Shown here: piece by piece, positions 1 through 11,627 of the stretch
Numbering within the stretch: position 1 is the first letter of the stretch
Layout: every line of letters starts with the position of its first letter
NCBI GenBank assembly: GCA_038087875.1
Contig: CM075998.1
Span: 5,520,001 to 5,584,000 of the forward strand
Direction: 5' to 3'
Source: Malacoraja senta
Lineage: Eukaryota
DNA: 64,000 nucleotides
The notes under the pieces: generated by a model
Databases searched by the model: none
What the model saw: only the letters and a program-made list of their open reading frames with translations
What the model was told of the DNA's origin: nothing
Program-made: the position numbers and the translations under genes

Positions 1-815
1 ACTCCATCAAAGTGATTACCAGCAGTCTTGGCAACTTATCCACCCTTGTCAAACCCCATGTCAAAAACCTTGGTGTGATATTTGATTCTGCCTTTAAGTT
101 TGACAAGCAAACCAATTCAGTAGTAAAAGCCAGTTTCTTCCAGCTTCGTAGCATTTCCAAAATAAAACCGTTCCTCATTCAAAGATCTGGAGAAAGTCAT
201 CCACGCTTTTATATCCTCTCGCCTGGACTACTGCAACTCCCTGTATACTGGGATCAGTCAGTCGTCCCTGTCCTGCCTGCAACTGGTCCAGAACGCCGCA
301 GCCAGGCTCCTGACAGGTACCCGGAACAGGGACCATATTACCCCCGTTCTGGCCTCTCTCCACTGGCTACCAGTATGGTTCAGAGTTGATTTTAAGGTTC
401 TCCTGCTCGTCTATAAAGCCCTAAACGGGCTTGCTCCCCCCTATATCACAGACCTCCTTACCCCTTACTCTACCTCCAGGTCCCTCAGGTCAGCTGACTT
501 GGGGCTCCTGGCTGTCTCGGTGATCTAAACTTAAGCGCAGGGGTGATCGTGCCTTTGCTGTTGCAGCCCCTAGACTGTGGAACAGCGACTCTTTTAAGTC
601 CAGGCTCAAAACTTGTTTTTATTCACTAGCGTTTGAATCCCCCTGATGTGGCTGATCTTTGTTTTGTGTCTTTGAGCAGATTATTTGTACCTGTGTGCTG
701 TGTGTATTCCTGTGTATGTCTGTTTCTTTTGTGATTTTAGCTCCCTGTTCAACTCTGTACAGCACTTTGGAAATCTAAGTGTTTTTAAATGTGCTTTATA
801 AATAAATTTGATTTG
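1..815 (+). mobile_element. L2-clade LINE 3' fragment
   Basis: Frameshifted RT C-terminus (VKNLGVIFD; IHAFISSRLDYCNSL; LQLVQNAAARLL; HITPVLASLHWLPV), 3'UTR, and AATAAA-(TTTGA)n tail. Confidence 0.85.
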
Positions 816-2164
816 ATAATCCATTACCTCTTTACAACTTTCCTTTCTATCAAATTTTGTGCCATCAGAAAACATGCATATCTTTAGTGCTTTCATCCAT
901 CATTGACATAAACTGTAAAAGGTTCAGGCTCCAGTACTGACCCCTGTGCCACATCACTCTTTACATCTTGACAATTAGAAAAAGACCCATTTCTGCCCAT
1001 CCTGCCAGACAATCGTCTATCCACACTAAAATGTTACATCCTACACGGTACTTTAATTTTAATGCGGTACCTTATTAAATACCGTCTGGAAATCCAAGTG
1101 GCGTACATGCACTGATTTCACTTTATCCACAGCACACGTTGTAGATCAAACAGTATTGCTGATTTGATCCGTGTCTGGTTTTGCTGCTGACTTGATCCAT
1201 ATTCCATGTCAGGTTTCCCACACTACCACCTAGGGCATGTGGGCAGCCATGTTAGTTCGCTCAACTTACGACTCCAAGCCTACAGTACTCATTTTGATGG
1301 TCTCTGTATGTATTCTAATTAAAGTACAATTATAGTCTGAAGAAGGGTTTCGGCCCGAAAAGTTGCCCATTTCCTTCTCTCCATAGATGCTGCTGCACCC
1401 GCTGAGTTTCTCCAGCACTTTTGTCTACCTTCGATTTTCCAGCATCTGCAGTTCCTTCTTAAACACTTATTATGATAAGTTACTTCCTCAAAGAACTCCA
1501 GGAAATTGGTCAAAGGTGACTCTGCTTTCACAAAACAACACTGTGTTTACTGTGTTTACTGGATTACCTTGAATATCCCGATGACAACCCTGTTCTCACC
1601 CTTTACAGCGAAATACTTTGTCCGATCCGTCCCTCCCCCAGCTTCTCAGCAGCTTGATTTAACCTGTTTTCTCACTTTCCCAACTCTGGCGAAGTGTCTG
1701 TGATTTGAAACATTAACTCTGATGCTGCCTGATCTGGTGCGTGTTTCCAGCAATTTCTGATTTATTTCAGTTTTCCATCATCTGCACTTCCCGACACAAA
1801 GACTGCTTCCCAAGCAGAGAAGAGAAGCTTGGCTGTTTCGGAAGACAAGATATGCAACTGCGCCACGGGCAACTATCCCAGTATAAATCCTATAGACTAG
1901 GATCAGCTTTAATCAAAAGGAGCCAGAAATGCAAATCAGGAGACATTAATTCACTGTTGACACAAAGTGCAGGATGAAGCCTCGGGCCTACAGAGGCCAG
2001 GCTTGTGATATTTTCCAAGCTGATGCAAATGATATTAGCACTGCAGCAACCAGCCAGGCAGGCCACTGAAGCTTCACCGAGGATGTCCAGTAGGAACATG
2101 CCTAGAATTGATTGACAGGCAACAGAAATTAATAAGGGAGCTTGGTTTTAGTCAGAAACTAAAA

Positions 2165-3105
2165 CCTTCTGGCTGCAACCTTCCCTCCATTGACGAACTG
2201 TACACTGCAAGGGCCAGGAAGCGAGCGGGTAAGATCATAGATACATAGATACATAGAAAATAGGTGCAGGAGTAGGCCATTCGGCCCTTCGAGCCTGCAC
2301 CGCCATTCAATATGATCATGGCTGATCATCCAACTCAGTATCCCGTACCTGCCTTCTCTCCATACCCCCTGATCCCTTTAGCCACAAGGGCCACATCTAA
2401 CTCCCTCTTAAATATAGCCAATGAACTGGCGTCAACTACCCTCTGTGGCAGAGAGTTCCAGAGATTCACCACTCTCTGTGTGAAAAAGTTTTTCCTCATC
2501 TCGGTCTTAAAGGATTTCCCCCTTATCCTTAAGCTGTGACCCCTTGTCCTGGACTTCCCCAACATCGGGAACAATCTTCCTGCATCTAGCCTGTCCAACC
2601 CCATAAGAATTTTGTACGTTTCTATAAGATCCCCTCTCAATCTCCTAAATTCTAGCGAGTATAAGCCAAGTCTATCCAGTCTTTCTTCATATGAAAGTCC
2701 TGACATCCCAGGAATCAGTCTGGTGAACCTTCTCTGCACTCCCTCTATGGCTATAATGTCCTTCCTCAGATTTGGAACCCCTCTCACCCTGGCCACAAAC
2801 TCTTTGAATCACTTCCCTCTGGAAGGCAACTCCGGACTGTCAAAGCTGCCACAGCCAGACATAAAAACAGTTTTTATCCACGAGTAGTAGCTCTACTTAA
2901 TAACCAAAAATCTGTAGCCTCCTTTTGCTCTGGTGTTTTATTTAATTCACATGTTTAATCAGTAATGTTTTATTATTAATGTTTAATGTTTTATGTGTAA
3001 TTCGTAACTGTCGCTGTATGTCATGTTGTCACTTGTAGGCGGAGCACCAAGGCAAATTCCTTGTATGTGAATACTTGGCCAATAAACTTATTCATTCATT
3101 CATTC
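2165..3105 (+). mobile_element. Rex1/Babar LINE 3' end, interrupted by CR1
   Basis: RT C-terminal motifs (LPSIDELY...RARKRAGKI; HPGHKLFESLPSGR...RHKNSFYP) and an AATAAA-(TTCA)n tail. Confidence 0.7.
2237..2776 (-). mobile_element. CR1 (HER1-like) LINE 3' fragment
   Basis: EGVQRRFTRLIPG...LYSLEFRRLRGDLIETYK...FFTQRVVNLWNSLP and a short tandem tail. Confidence 0.9.
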
Positions 3106-3244
3106 TGACAAAAGAAACGAAAGATAGTCAAAGGCAATGTGTTCGAATCATAGAACCATGGTGAACTGAAGAAGACCTTTAGGCATCACGCATCCAACTA
3201 CAGTTAATGACGTAATGACCACCATCTGATGGTTCTGATATCCA

Positions 3245-4560
3245 CCATCATGACGTGCTTCGAGGCGCTGGTCACGGCACACATCAATTCCAGCTTTAAT
3301 CCACTGCAGTTTACCTACCGCCGTGACAGCTCCACAACAGTCACCATCTCCCTGGCCCGACACACCCCTGGAACATCTGGATAACAAGGACACCGACATC
3401 GGACTCCTACTTATGGACGATAGGTCCGCCTTCAACACCATCATGCCTGCCAGCCAGCCAAACTCCAATCTCCTGGACCTAGGACTCAGTACTCCCCTCT
3501 GCAAGTGTATCATGGTGGCGAAGCTACAACCTCCCAATGTTCCCAATGTTGGGCGAGTCCAGAACCAGGGGCCACAGTCTGAGAATAGAGAGGTCATTTA
3601 AGACTGAGGTGAGAAAAAACGTTTTCACCCAGAGAGTTGTGAATTTATGGAATTCCCTGCCACAGAGGGCAGTGGAGGCCAAATCACTGGATGGATTTAA
3701 GAGAGAGTTAGATAGAGCTCTAGGGGCTAGTGGAGTCAAGGGATATGGGGAGAAGGCAGGCACGGGTTATTGATAGGGGACGATCAGCCATGATCACAAT
3801 GAATGGCGGTGCTGGCTCGAAGGGCCGAATGGCCTCCTCCTGTACCTATTTTCTATGTTTCAGCAAAATGAAGGGGCCAGTCATTGGCTTCAGGAAACGA
3901 GACACAACCCAATCAGCATCGACGGTGCTGAAGTAGAGATGGTCAAGAACGTCAAGTCTCTAGGTGTAAATATCACCAGTTTGACCTGTCCCTGTCCTAT
4001 CATAGCGATGCTAAGACCATGAAAGCACACTACCGCCTCAGAAACTCAGCATTTCTCCAATGATGTACCAATCACCACACATGCAACGTTGAAAGCATCC
4101 CATCCAGATGCACCACAGCTTGGTTTGGCAACAGCTCTGCCCAAGACCGCAAGAAATGACAGAAAGTTGTGAGCGCAGCCCAGTCCGTCACACAAAACGG
4201 CCCCCCTCCCTTCAACCCCCATCTACACCACACTGTCTCAGGATGACAGCCAACGTCATTAAGGACCACTCACACCCGAGTCATTCTCTCTTCCCTGCTG
4301 TTGTCAGACTATGGAACAGACCTCTGATTATTACAGATAATTTCCCAATATATTCCCGATCTCCCTGGCACTTTGTTACCACCATTGCACTTTTAAAAAA
4401 TCTGCACTTTCTGTAGTTGTAAAGGCATATTCTGCACTCCGTCTCCTTTCTGTTTTTGCACCAGCTGTTGTTCTCATGTATGGTATGATTCTATGCACGA
4501 TTTGCCTGGATAGCATGCAAAACAAAGTTTTTCACTGCATCTCAATAATAAACCGATATT
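3245..4560 (+). mobile_element. Degenerate Rex1/Babar RT fragments with a CR1 3' fragment (3536-3860) inserted
   Basis: LEHLDNKD...SAFNTI...LLDLGLSTPLC motifs. CR1 piece reads FPMLGESRTRGHSL...WNSLP. Confidence 0.65.
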
Positions 4561-4879
4561 TGTCCCATTTAACAGCACTTGGTCCATCGCCTTCTATACC
4601 TCGGCAATTAAAATGCTCATCCAAATATTTCCAAAATGCTCTGCCTCTACAATTAGGAGTCAGTCATTGATGTTGTGAGTATAGTGATGACACAGTAATT
4701 AAATTACTGATCTAGAGGGAATAACCTTCACAGTGACTGCCAGGGCTCTGGGGAGTGTTGTGGAGAAGAGGAACCTCGGAGTGCAGGTACACCTCTCCTT
4801 GAATGTGGCGACGCGCGTAAATAGGGCGGTCACGGAGGCTTTCAGCACTCTGGCCTTCATCAGCCATGGTCTTGAGTAT

Positions 4880-6733
4880 AGTCTTGGTTGGCAGACAGGA
4901 AACAAAGAGTAGGAATAAACGGGTCCCTGTCACAATGGTAGGCAGTGGCGAGTGGAGTGCCGCAAGGCTCGGTGCTGGGGCCGCAACTATTTACAATATA
5001 TATATTAATGATTTAGATGGTGGGATTAAAAGTAACACTAGCAAATTTACTGATGACACAAAGCTGGGTGGCAGTGTGAACTGTGAAGAGGATGCTAGGA
5101 GGTTGCAGGGTGACTTGGACAGGTTGAGTGAGTGGGCAGATGCGTGGCAGATAATAATAATAATAATAATGGATTTTATTTACGGGCGCCTTATACCGAG
5201 GTCTCAAGGACACCATACAGAGATTTATAGAAAACATATAATCAGAATTATTTAATCAGATGCAGTATAATGTACATATATGTGAGGTTATCCACTTTGG
5301 TAGCAAGAATAAGGAGGCAGATTATTATCTCAATGGTGTCAGATTAGGAAAAAGGGAAGTGCAACAAGACCTGGGTGTCCTTGTACACCAGTCACTGAAA
5401 ATAAACATGCAGGTACAGCAGGCAGTGAAGAAAGCTAATGGCATGTTGGTCTTCATAGCATGAGGAGTTGAGTATAGGAGCAAAGAAGTCCTTCTGCAGT
5501 TGCACAGGGCCCTAGTGAGACCACATCTCGAGTATTGTGTACAGTTTTGGTCACCAAATTTGAGGAAGGACATCCTTGCTATTGAGGCAGTGCAGCGTAG
5601 GTTCATGAGGTTAATCCCCGGGATGGCGGAACTGTCATATGAGGAAAGATTGGAAAGACTGGGCTTGTATTCACTGGAATTTAGAAGAATGCGAGGGGAT
5701 CTTATAGAAACATATAAAATTATAAAAGAACTGGACACGCTAGATGCAGGAAAAATGTTCCCAATGTTGGGGGAGTCCAGAACCAGGGGCTACAGTCTAC
5801 GAATAAGGGGTAGGCCATTTAAAACTGGGATGAGAAAAAAACTTTTTCACCCAGAGAGTTGTAAATCTGTGGAATTCTCTGCCTCAGAAGGCAGTGGAGG
5901 CCAATTCTCTGGATGTTCTGGAGGCAGTGGATGCCTCGCCAACAGTCTGTCTGTCCCACTCGCTGTTTTAGTGTTTTTTGGTCTGTTTTATGTGGGGGGT
6001 GGGGGGAATTAGGGGAAACTTCTTTCAATCACTTACCTCGACAGAGATGTGATTTATTTCCGTATCGTATCTCAGTCCCCCCTGCGGCCTAACAACGCGG
6101 AGTGGTACGGCCTTTCCTGAGGACCGGCCCGGCGCTTCAAGCCACGGGCGCGCGGACTTTAACATCACGGAGCCCGCGATCCTTTGCCGAGGATCGCCAG
6201 TGAAAGTGCTCCGACCGCGGGGCCTGTGGACTTTAACACCGTGAAGCCCGCGGTCTCCGGTAAGAAGAGGCCGACTCAGGAGCTTCCAATCCGTCCCAAC
6301 GCCGGAGTTTCCATCATCCCGACGAGAGGGCTTGAACATCGGACCGTCGACAGCGGCGACTGCGAAGGGTTCAAGGCCCCGACCACGGGTGAACAAAGGA
6401 GGAAGATGATTGGACTTTATTGCCTTCCATCACAGTGAGGAATGTGGATTCCGCTGTGGTGGATGTTTATGTTAAATGTTATTGTGTATTGTGTTATTTT
6501 TACTTAGTATGGCTGTATAGTAACTTCAATACCACTGTACCTTAACTGGTACACGTGACAATAAACACGGACTTGAACTTGAACTTGAGAGTAAGATAGA
6601 CTTCTTAAAGATAGCGGAATCAGGGGATATGGGGAGAACGCAGGAACAGGGTACTGATTGTGGATGATCACCCATGATCACAGTGAAGTTGGCTCGAAGG
6701 CCGAATGGCCTACTCCTGCACCTATTGTCTATT
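4880..6733 (+). mobile_element. CR1 LINE fragment, interrupted by a SINE-like insert
   Basis: IYINDLD...SKFTDDTKL (RT active-site region) and ALVRPHLEYCVQFWSP. The 3' end resumes at ~6590. Confidence 0.85.
5921..6588 (+). mobile_element. GC-rich SINE-like element with (ACTTGA)n tail
   Basis: Interrupts the CR1 and ends in AATAAA...CTTGAACTTGAACTTGA. Confidence 0.5.
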
Positions 6734-7827
6734 GGTACTCCTGGATCTTCCTGTGTCTGTCATTGGGAAATTCAGACTGTTCGTTTTCTTTTCAAATTGA
6801 CAGTGAAACCATTAAATGGCTCAGCACTGACCATTCAATGTACTGGCCATGAAAGATGGCAACTGAGTGACGAGAATTAATTCTGTCGCATTAATAATAC
6901 AGACATTTATCCATTTATCCATGTTACCAACAACAATGGCAATGCTCTGGGTTTTTTTTAGTTCATCCACGTGATCTGGGTGTCGCTGTTATCCGTGGAT
7001 TGTGTGGCTTGTTGGCCCATGGCAGAGTGCACTGAAAAATCCTCCATTTATTTTGTCAGCAATTACATAAAGTCAAACCAGGTAATGATACATTTGCCTG
7101 AAGGACATTCGTTAATTGGATGGGTTTTTAATGACAATCCAGTCATTTTATGATCGCATTCCTGAAATTAGCCTGTTCCAGCTTTATTTAATGAATTGGA
7201 TTTATATTGCACAATTATTGTGGTTGGAATTGCATTCATGTCTTCAGATCATTGAACTCTAGATATTAGTCCTGCAACTTAACCAGATCTCATTACACAG
7301 AGCCAGCCCACAGAGCTCAGTGATTTTGGGTGGCACAGTGGCTGTGCAGGACATGCTAACACTTCACTGGGGCAAAATGGATCACGCAACCCATCCTGGC
7401 ATTTGATGCCCGACAGAATCAAGTCTGGTAAAAATACCCACCCAGGATGAGTTGCAAATACAATAGGGACTTTTGTAATTCGACACAGATGCATACTACT
7501 GATCTCTGTAAATTCTAAAGCCAGTGAAAGCTTTCTGAACAGCTTTAAATACATCCCATTGCCCCACTTATTGGAACACAGCAAGAGCAACCCACACGGT
7601 CACAGGGAGAACGTAGACAGCACCCATAGTCAGGATTGAACCTAGGTCTCTGGCGCTGTAAGGCAGCAACTCTACCACTGTGCCACCCCGCGCCATCTGT
7701 GCACAGAGTTTTTCAATAAATCCTTTACTGCAAAAATCCCAGGCCTGCTGGATCTGTCCAGTAGGCAGATCCAGCAAGCAATTGGAAATTAGGCCTGGGA
7801 GAGAGAGAGAGAGAGACAGAGAGAGAC

Positions 7828-7858
<31 letters not shown>

Positions 7859-7862
7859 CAGA

Positions 7863-8020
7863 GTCAAGTCAAGTCACATTTATTTGTATAGCACATTTAA
7901 AAAACAACTCTCGTTGGCCAAAGTGCTTTACATTTGTTATAAGAATAGTATAAACAAACAAACTACGTACATATATACATATAGCCCTCCCTCAGAGGAC
8001 GTCAAGAAAGGCTTGGGAGG
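7863..8020 (-). mobile_element. L2-type LINE 3' tail fragment
   Basis: Reverse complement of the ...GCACTTTGG...AAATGTGCTATACAAATAAA tail, like the element at 1-815. A similar piece lies at 29101-29280. Confidence 0.55.
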
Positions 8021-8954
8021 ATAGAAATATTGTGTGACGTTAACTCATTCTTAAGTCGAGTGAGCAAAATGTAAAGGTACACAAAAATGTTGGAGAAACT
8101 CAGCGGGTGCAGCAGCATCTATGGAGCGAAGGAAATGGGCAACGTTTCGGGCCGAAATCCTTCTTCAGACCCAAAATGTAAAGGTGGGAATTAGAAAGAG
8201 CCCTCTGCTGGCTCAGAGGGTAACTGCACTGCCAGTCATCACTGCCAACAGGCCAGTTTGACAGAGTTGAATTAGCTGAGCCTGCATTGGCAAGGAGAAG
8301 GGAAACTTAACCAACCATTTTCGTCACTTTAATTCCAAGGCAAGAATTGGGAAACAATAAATCAAGCCAGGCAGCGTTCCCGACCAGGATTGCTCACTAA
8401 CAATTGCCACTAGTAGTGTGCGTGGGTAGTTGTTGGCGACTTAAAGGTAGAAACAAAACCAGCTGAAACAAAGAGGGGAAAGGTACAATGCTGGAGATAA
8501 TCTGTCACAACATAACTCTGATGAAGTCTATCAGCACAACAAGTTGGCCCCTACATTCCTCAATCTGCCATTAACAATCGCTGGCACTCATCCAGCATCG
8601 GCTTTGGCACGAAAGGCCCGACTAAACAATACCGGCTGAAAGCGATGGTGAAGCAGTTGGAAAATATTTAGTGTGATATTGAATGACCTGCAAAATCAAC
8701 ATGAACCCAGGGAAAAGCCAATACAGAGCCAATACACACACACAGACAGACACACACACACACACACTTTATACAAAGACACTCTCTCTCCCTCTCTCAC
8801 ACGCACACACAATCAGGATGGAACAGACCTTACGGCCCACAATGTCTGTGCCAAACATGATGTCAAATAAACCAATCTCTGGTAATCTCAAACACAGATT
8901 AAACCCGGGCTCTATACAGACAGGCTATACGTGAACAAATAAGACAAACAGGTG

Positions 8955-9071
8955 CGCACATGCACGCACACACACACGCACACACGCGCACGCTCACACA
9001 CACCACACGCACACACACACGCACACACATACACGCACACACACGCGCACACACGCGCACACACACACACA

Positions 9072-9102
<31 letters not shown>
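8955..9102 (+). repeat. (CA)n/(CT)n microsatellite
   Basis: Direct inspection. Confidence 0.9.
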
Positions 9103-9105
<3 letters not shown>

Positions 9106-9524
9106 GGACGGTGTACAGCGAGTGTAGGCTGTTTGGGCCCTTTGTTTTGTCGGTGTCAAATCGAAGGCACATTCTCTCAGGCATTTCAGTGAATGAGTCA
9201 GCAATTGCTGGCTCCGTCTCTGAACGTGCTCCTGCATAATCATTGGCTGGGTCTTGTAAATCAATGACGAGTGATTCTGAGCGATCTTGGTTCTGGTGTG
9301 GAGACGGTAAAGGTTGTGGTGTCCGGATTTTCTTCTGGATGAGCTCCGGACCGGCGGAGCTTGGAGGTGAGGTGCAACATTGTAGCGAGGAATACTGGGA
9401 GGAGGGTGGGAGTGATGACATAGGCCCTGGTCTGCAGTGGACCCTGTTGATTAGAATCTCAGCTTGCATGTCACTGTTAAGCAGACATAGGACAAGACAT
9501 TTCCAAGAGAGAAGGAAATGATAC

Positions 9525-10255
9525 AAGTTGGGGAAAAGGGGAAGTACAACGGGATCTGGGGGTCCTTGTTCATCAGTCTATGAAAGTAAGCATGCAGGTA
9601 CAGCAGCAGTGAAGAAAGCGAATGGCATGTTGGCCTTCATAACAAGAGGAGTTGAGTATAGGAGGAAAGAGGTCCTTCTGCAGTTGTGCAGGGCCCTAGT
9701 GAGACCACACCTGGAGTATTATGCGCAGTTTTGGTCTCCAAATTTGAGGAAGGACATTCTTGCTATTGAGGGAGTGCAGCATAGGTTCAAAGGTTAATTC
9801 CCGGGATGGCGGGACTGTCATATGCTGAGAGAATGGAGCGGCTGGGCTTGTACACTCTGGAATTTAGAAGGATGAGAGGATATCTTATTGAACATATAAG
9901 ATTGTTAAGGGCTTGGACACGCTAGAGGCAGGAAACATGTTCCCGATGTTGGGGGAGTCCAGAACCAGGGGCCACAATTTAAGAATAAGGGGCAAGCCAT
10001 TTAGAACGAGAAAACACTTTTTCACACAGAGTTGTGAGTGTGGAATTCTCTGCCTCAGAGGGCGGTGGAGGCAGGTTCTCTGGATGCTTTCAAGAGAGAG
10101 CTAGATAGGGCTCTTAAAGATAGCGGAGTCAGGGGATATGGGGAGAAGGCAGGAACGGGGTACTGATTGGGATGATCAGCCATGATCACATTGAATGGCG
10201 GTGCTGGCTCGAAGGGCCGAATGGCCTCCTCCTGCACCTATTGTCTATTGTCTAT
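9525..10255 (+). mobile_element. CR1 LINE 3' fragment
   Basis: AVKKANGMLAFI...RPHLEY..., with a CTATTGT tail. Confidence 0.88.
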
Positions 10256-11627
10256 CCTTGAAATTCCTTAAAATACATAACATCCTCACTGGCTCGTGGA
10301 ACTCGCCGGCCCAGGGCTGCTCAAACTGGAGCCGAAATATCAGGGATGGCACTCAACACCTCAAGTCTCCTCAATGGGAGCATGTGAAGGTCAAGCAACA
10401 ATGGCGAAAGGAAAACAACCCCTGTCCCATCTGTGAAGGTGTGGACTGTGGCAAAGAGACCGTCAAAGACACAGGCAATGGCAGCTGGGTGGGATGCAGA
10501 CAGGCAGCCAGAAGGGGCCCACAAACACTGGCACAGACGCAGACAGTCTGAGGGAGCGATAAACACACACAGTTCGTTTGTTGTTTCCAAATTCTCTCAG
10601 AGTAAAGCACTGGCCATTGAATTTAGTCCTTGCCCTGAAATGTAATTGAACAACTTAGGCCTTTACCTATAGAAAATATGCCATTATTCAGAGATCTTGC
10701 GACTTGCTTATCTCTGTTACTAACCTCGCCTCCGCACAAAGAAATCTCAGTCTGAGATTTGAAAAGCCCGACTCCAATTAATATCTCGTGACAACTCCTT
10801 CCTCTTTACACACCACACACTTTTCAGGTCACAGAACAACTGGTAATCTCTGCTGGATTAACACTTTCAGGGACGCAACCTTTTGAGAGTGGAAATTTTT
10901 GACATACTTAAGGAGGGGGAGGTGACTGGAAAAAAATCAGAGCTCAAATCGCAGACCTTGAGGTTCTCATCTCTGCATGCAAGTGGTTTGGACAACAGCT
11001 CCATTGCTTAGGCCTTTCACAGTTAAATTGCTGAATGCCATTCACTGTGCAGTCTCTCTTGGCTACTTTCCAATGGTTGCTAGAGAACACAGAAAGAGGA
11101 GGGCCCAAGTCACGTTAGGCCCAAGTCAGAAACATGAAAGCGGTTTAAATTGGGGGAAATGTAATGGAATCCTTTTTTTAGGGAAAAATTCTGGACTTTT
11201 TTATTAAATTCTGATATTTCCAGGGCCTTTTAGTTCTGGTTCATGACGCTTCCTCCGTCAGGCTTCAGTGGAGCTTGGACCAATGCTCCAGGTACACTCT
11301 CTACAAGATTAGCTGATCCTAGGCAGAGATCCGTGACCTCTGTTGTTCCTGAAGGTGGAACCCTAGCCCTTTACTGCTTTTACCGTATAATTTAACACGG
11401 GGTTTACATCTTTAGTGACTAGTAACAAGCTCTCAATTAGCAGGCCACCCACCATGTTGATTAGCATCGGCCACGACAATGAGATAGCACTCTCGTTTCG
11501 CAATCCAGAAGGGCCTGCATTCACGTCCAACACTGGAGCCTTGCTTATCTGATCAATGTTTCAAATACTATTTATAAGATCTTGTTGTGTAAATTAGCTC
11601 CTGTTCTACAGACTTTAGTTCATATAT

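Noticed and set aside
9101..9526. 141-aa minus-strand ORF as possible AHR exon 3
   Set aside because: No SEGE(F/L)LLQ-like ending or suitable donor, and no recognisable homology.
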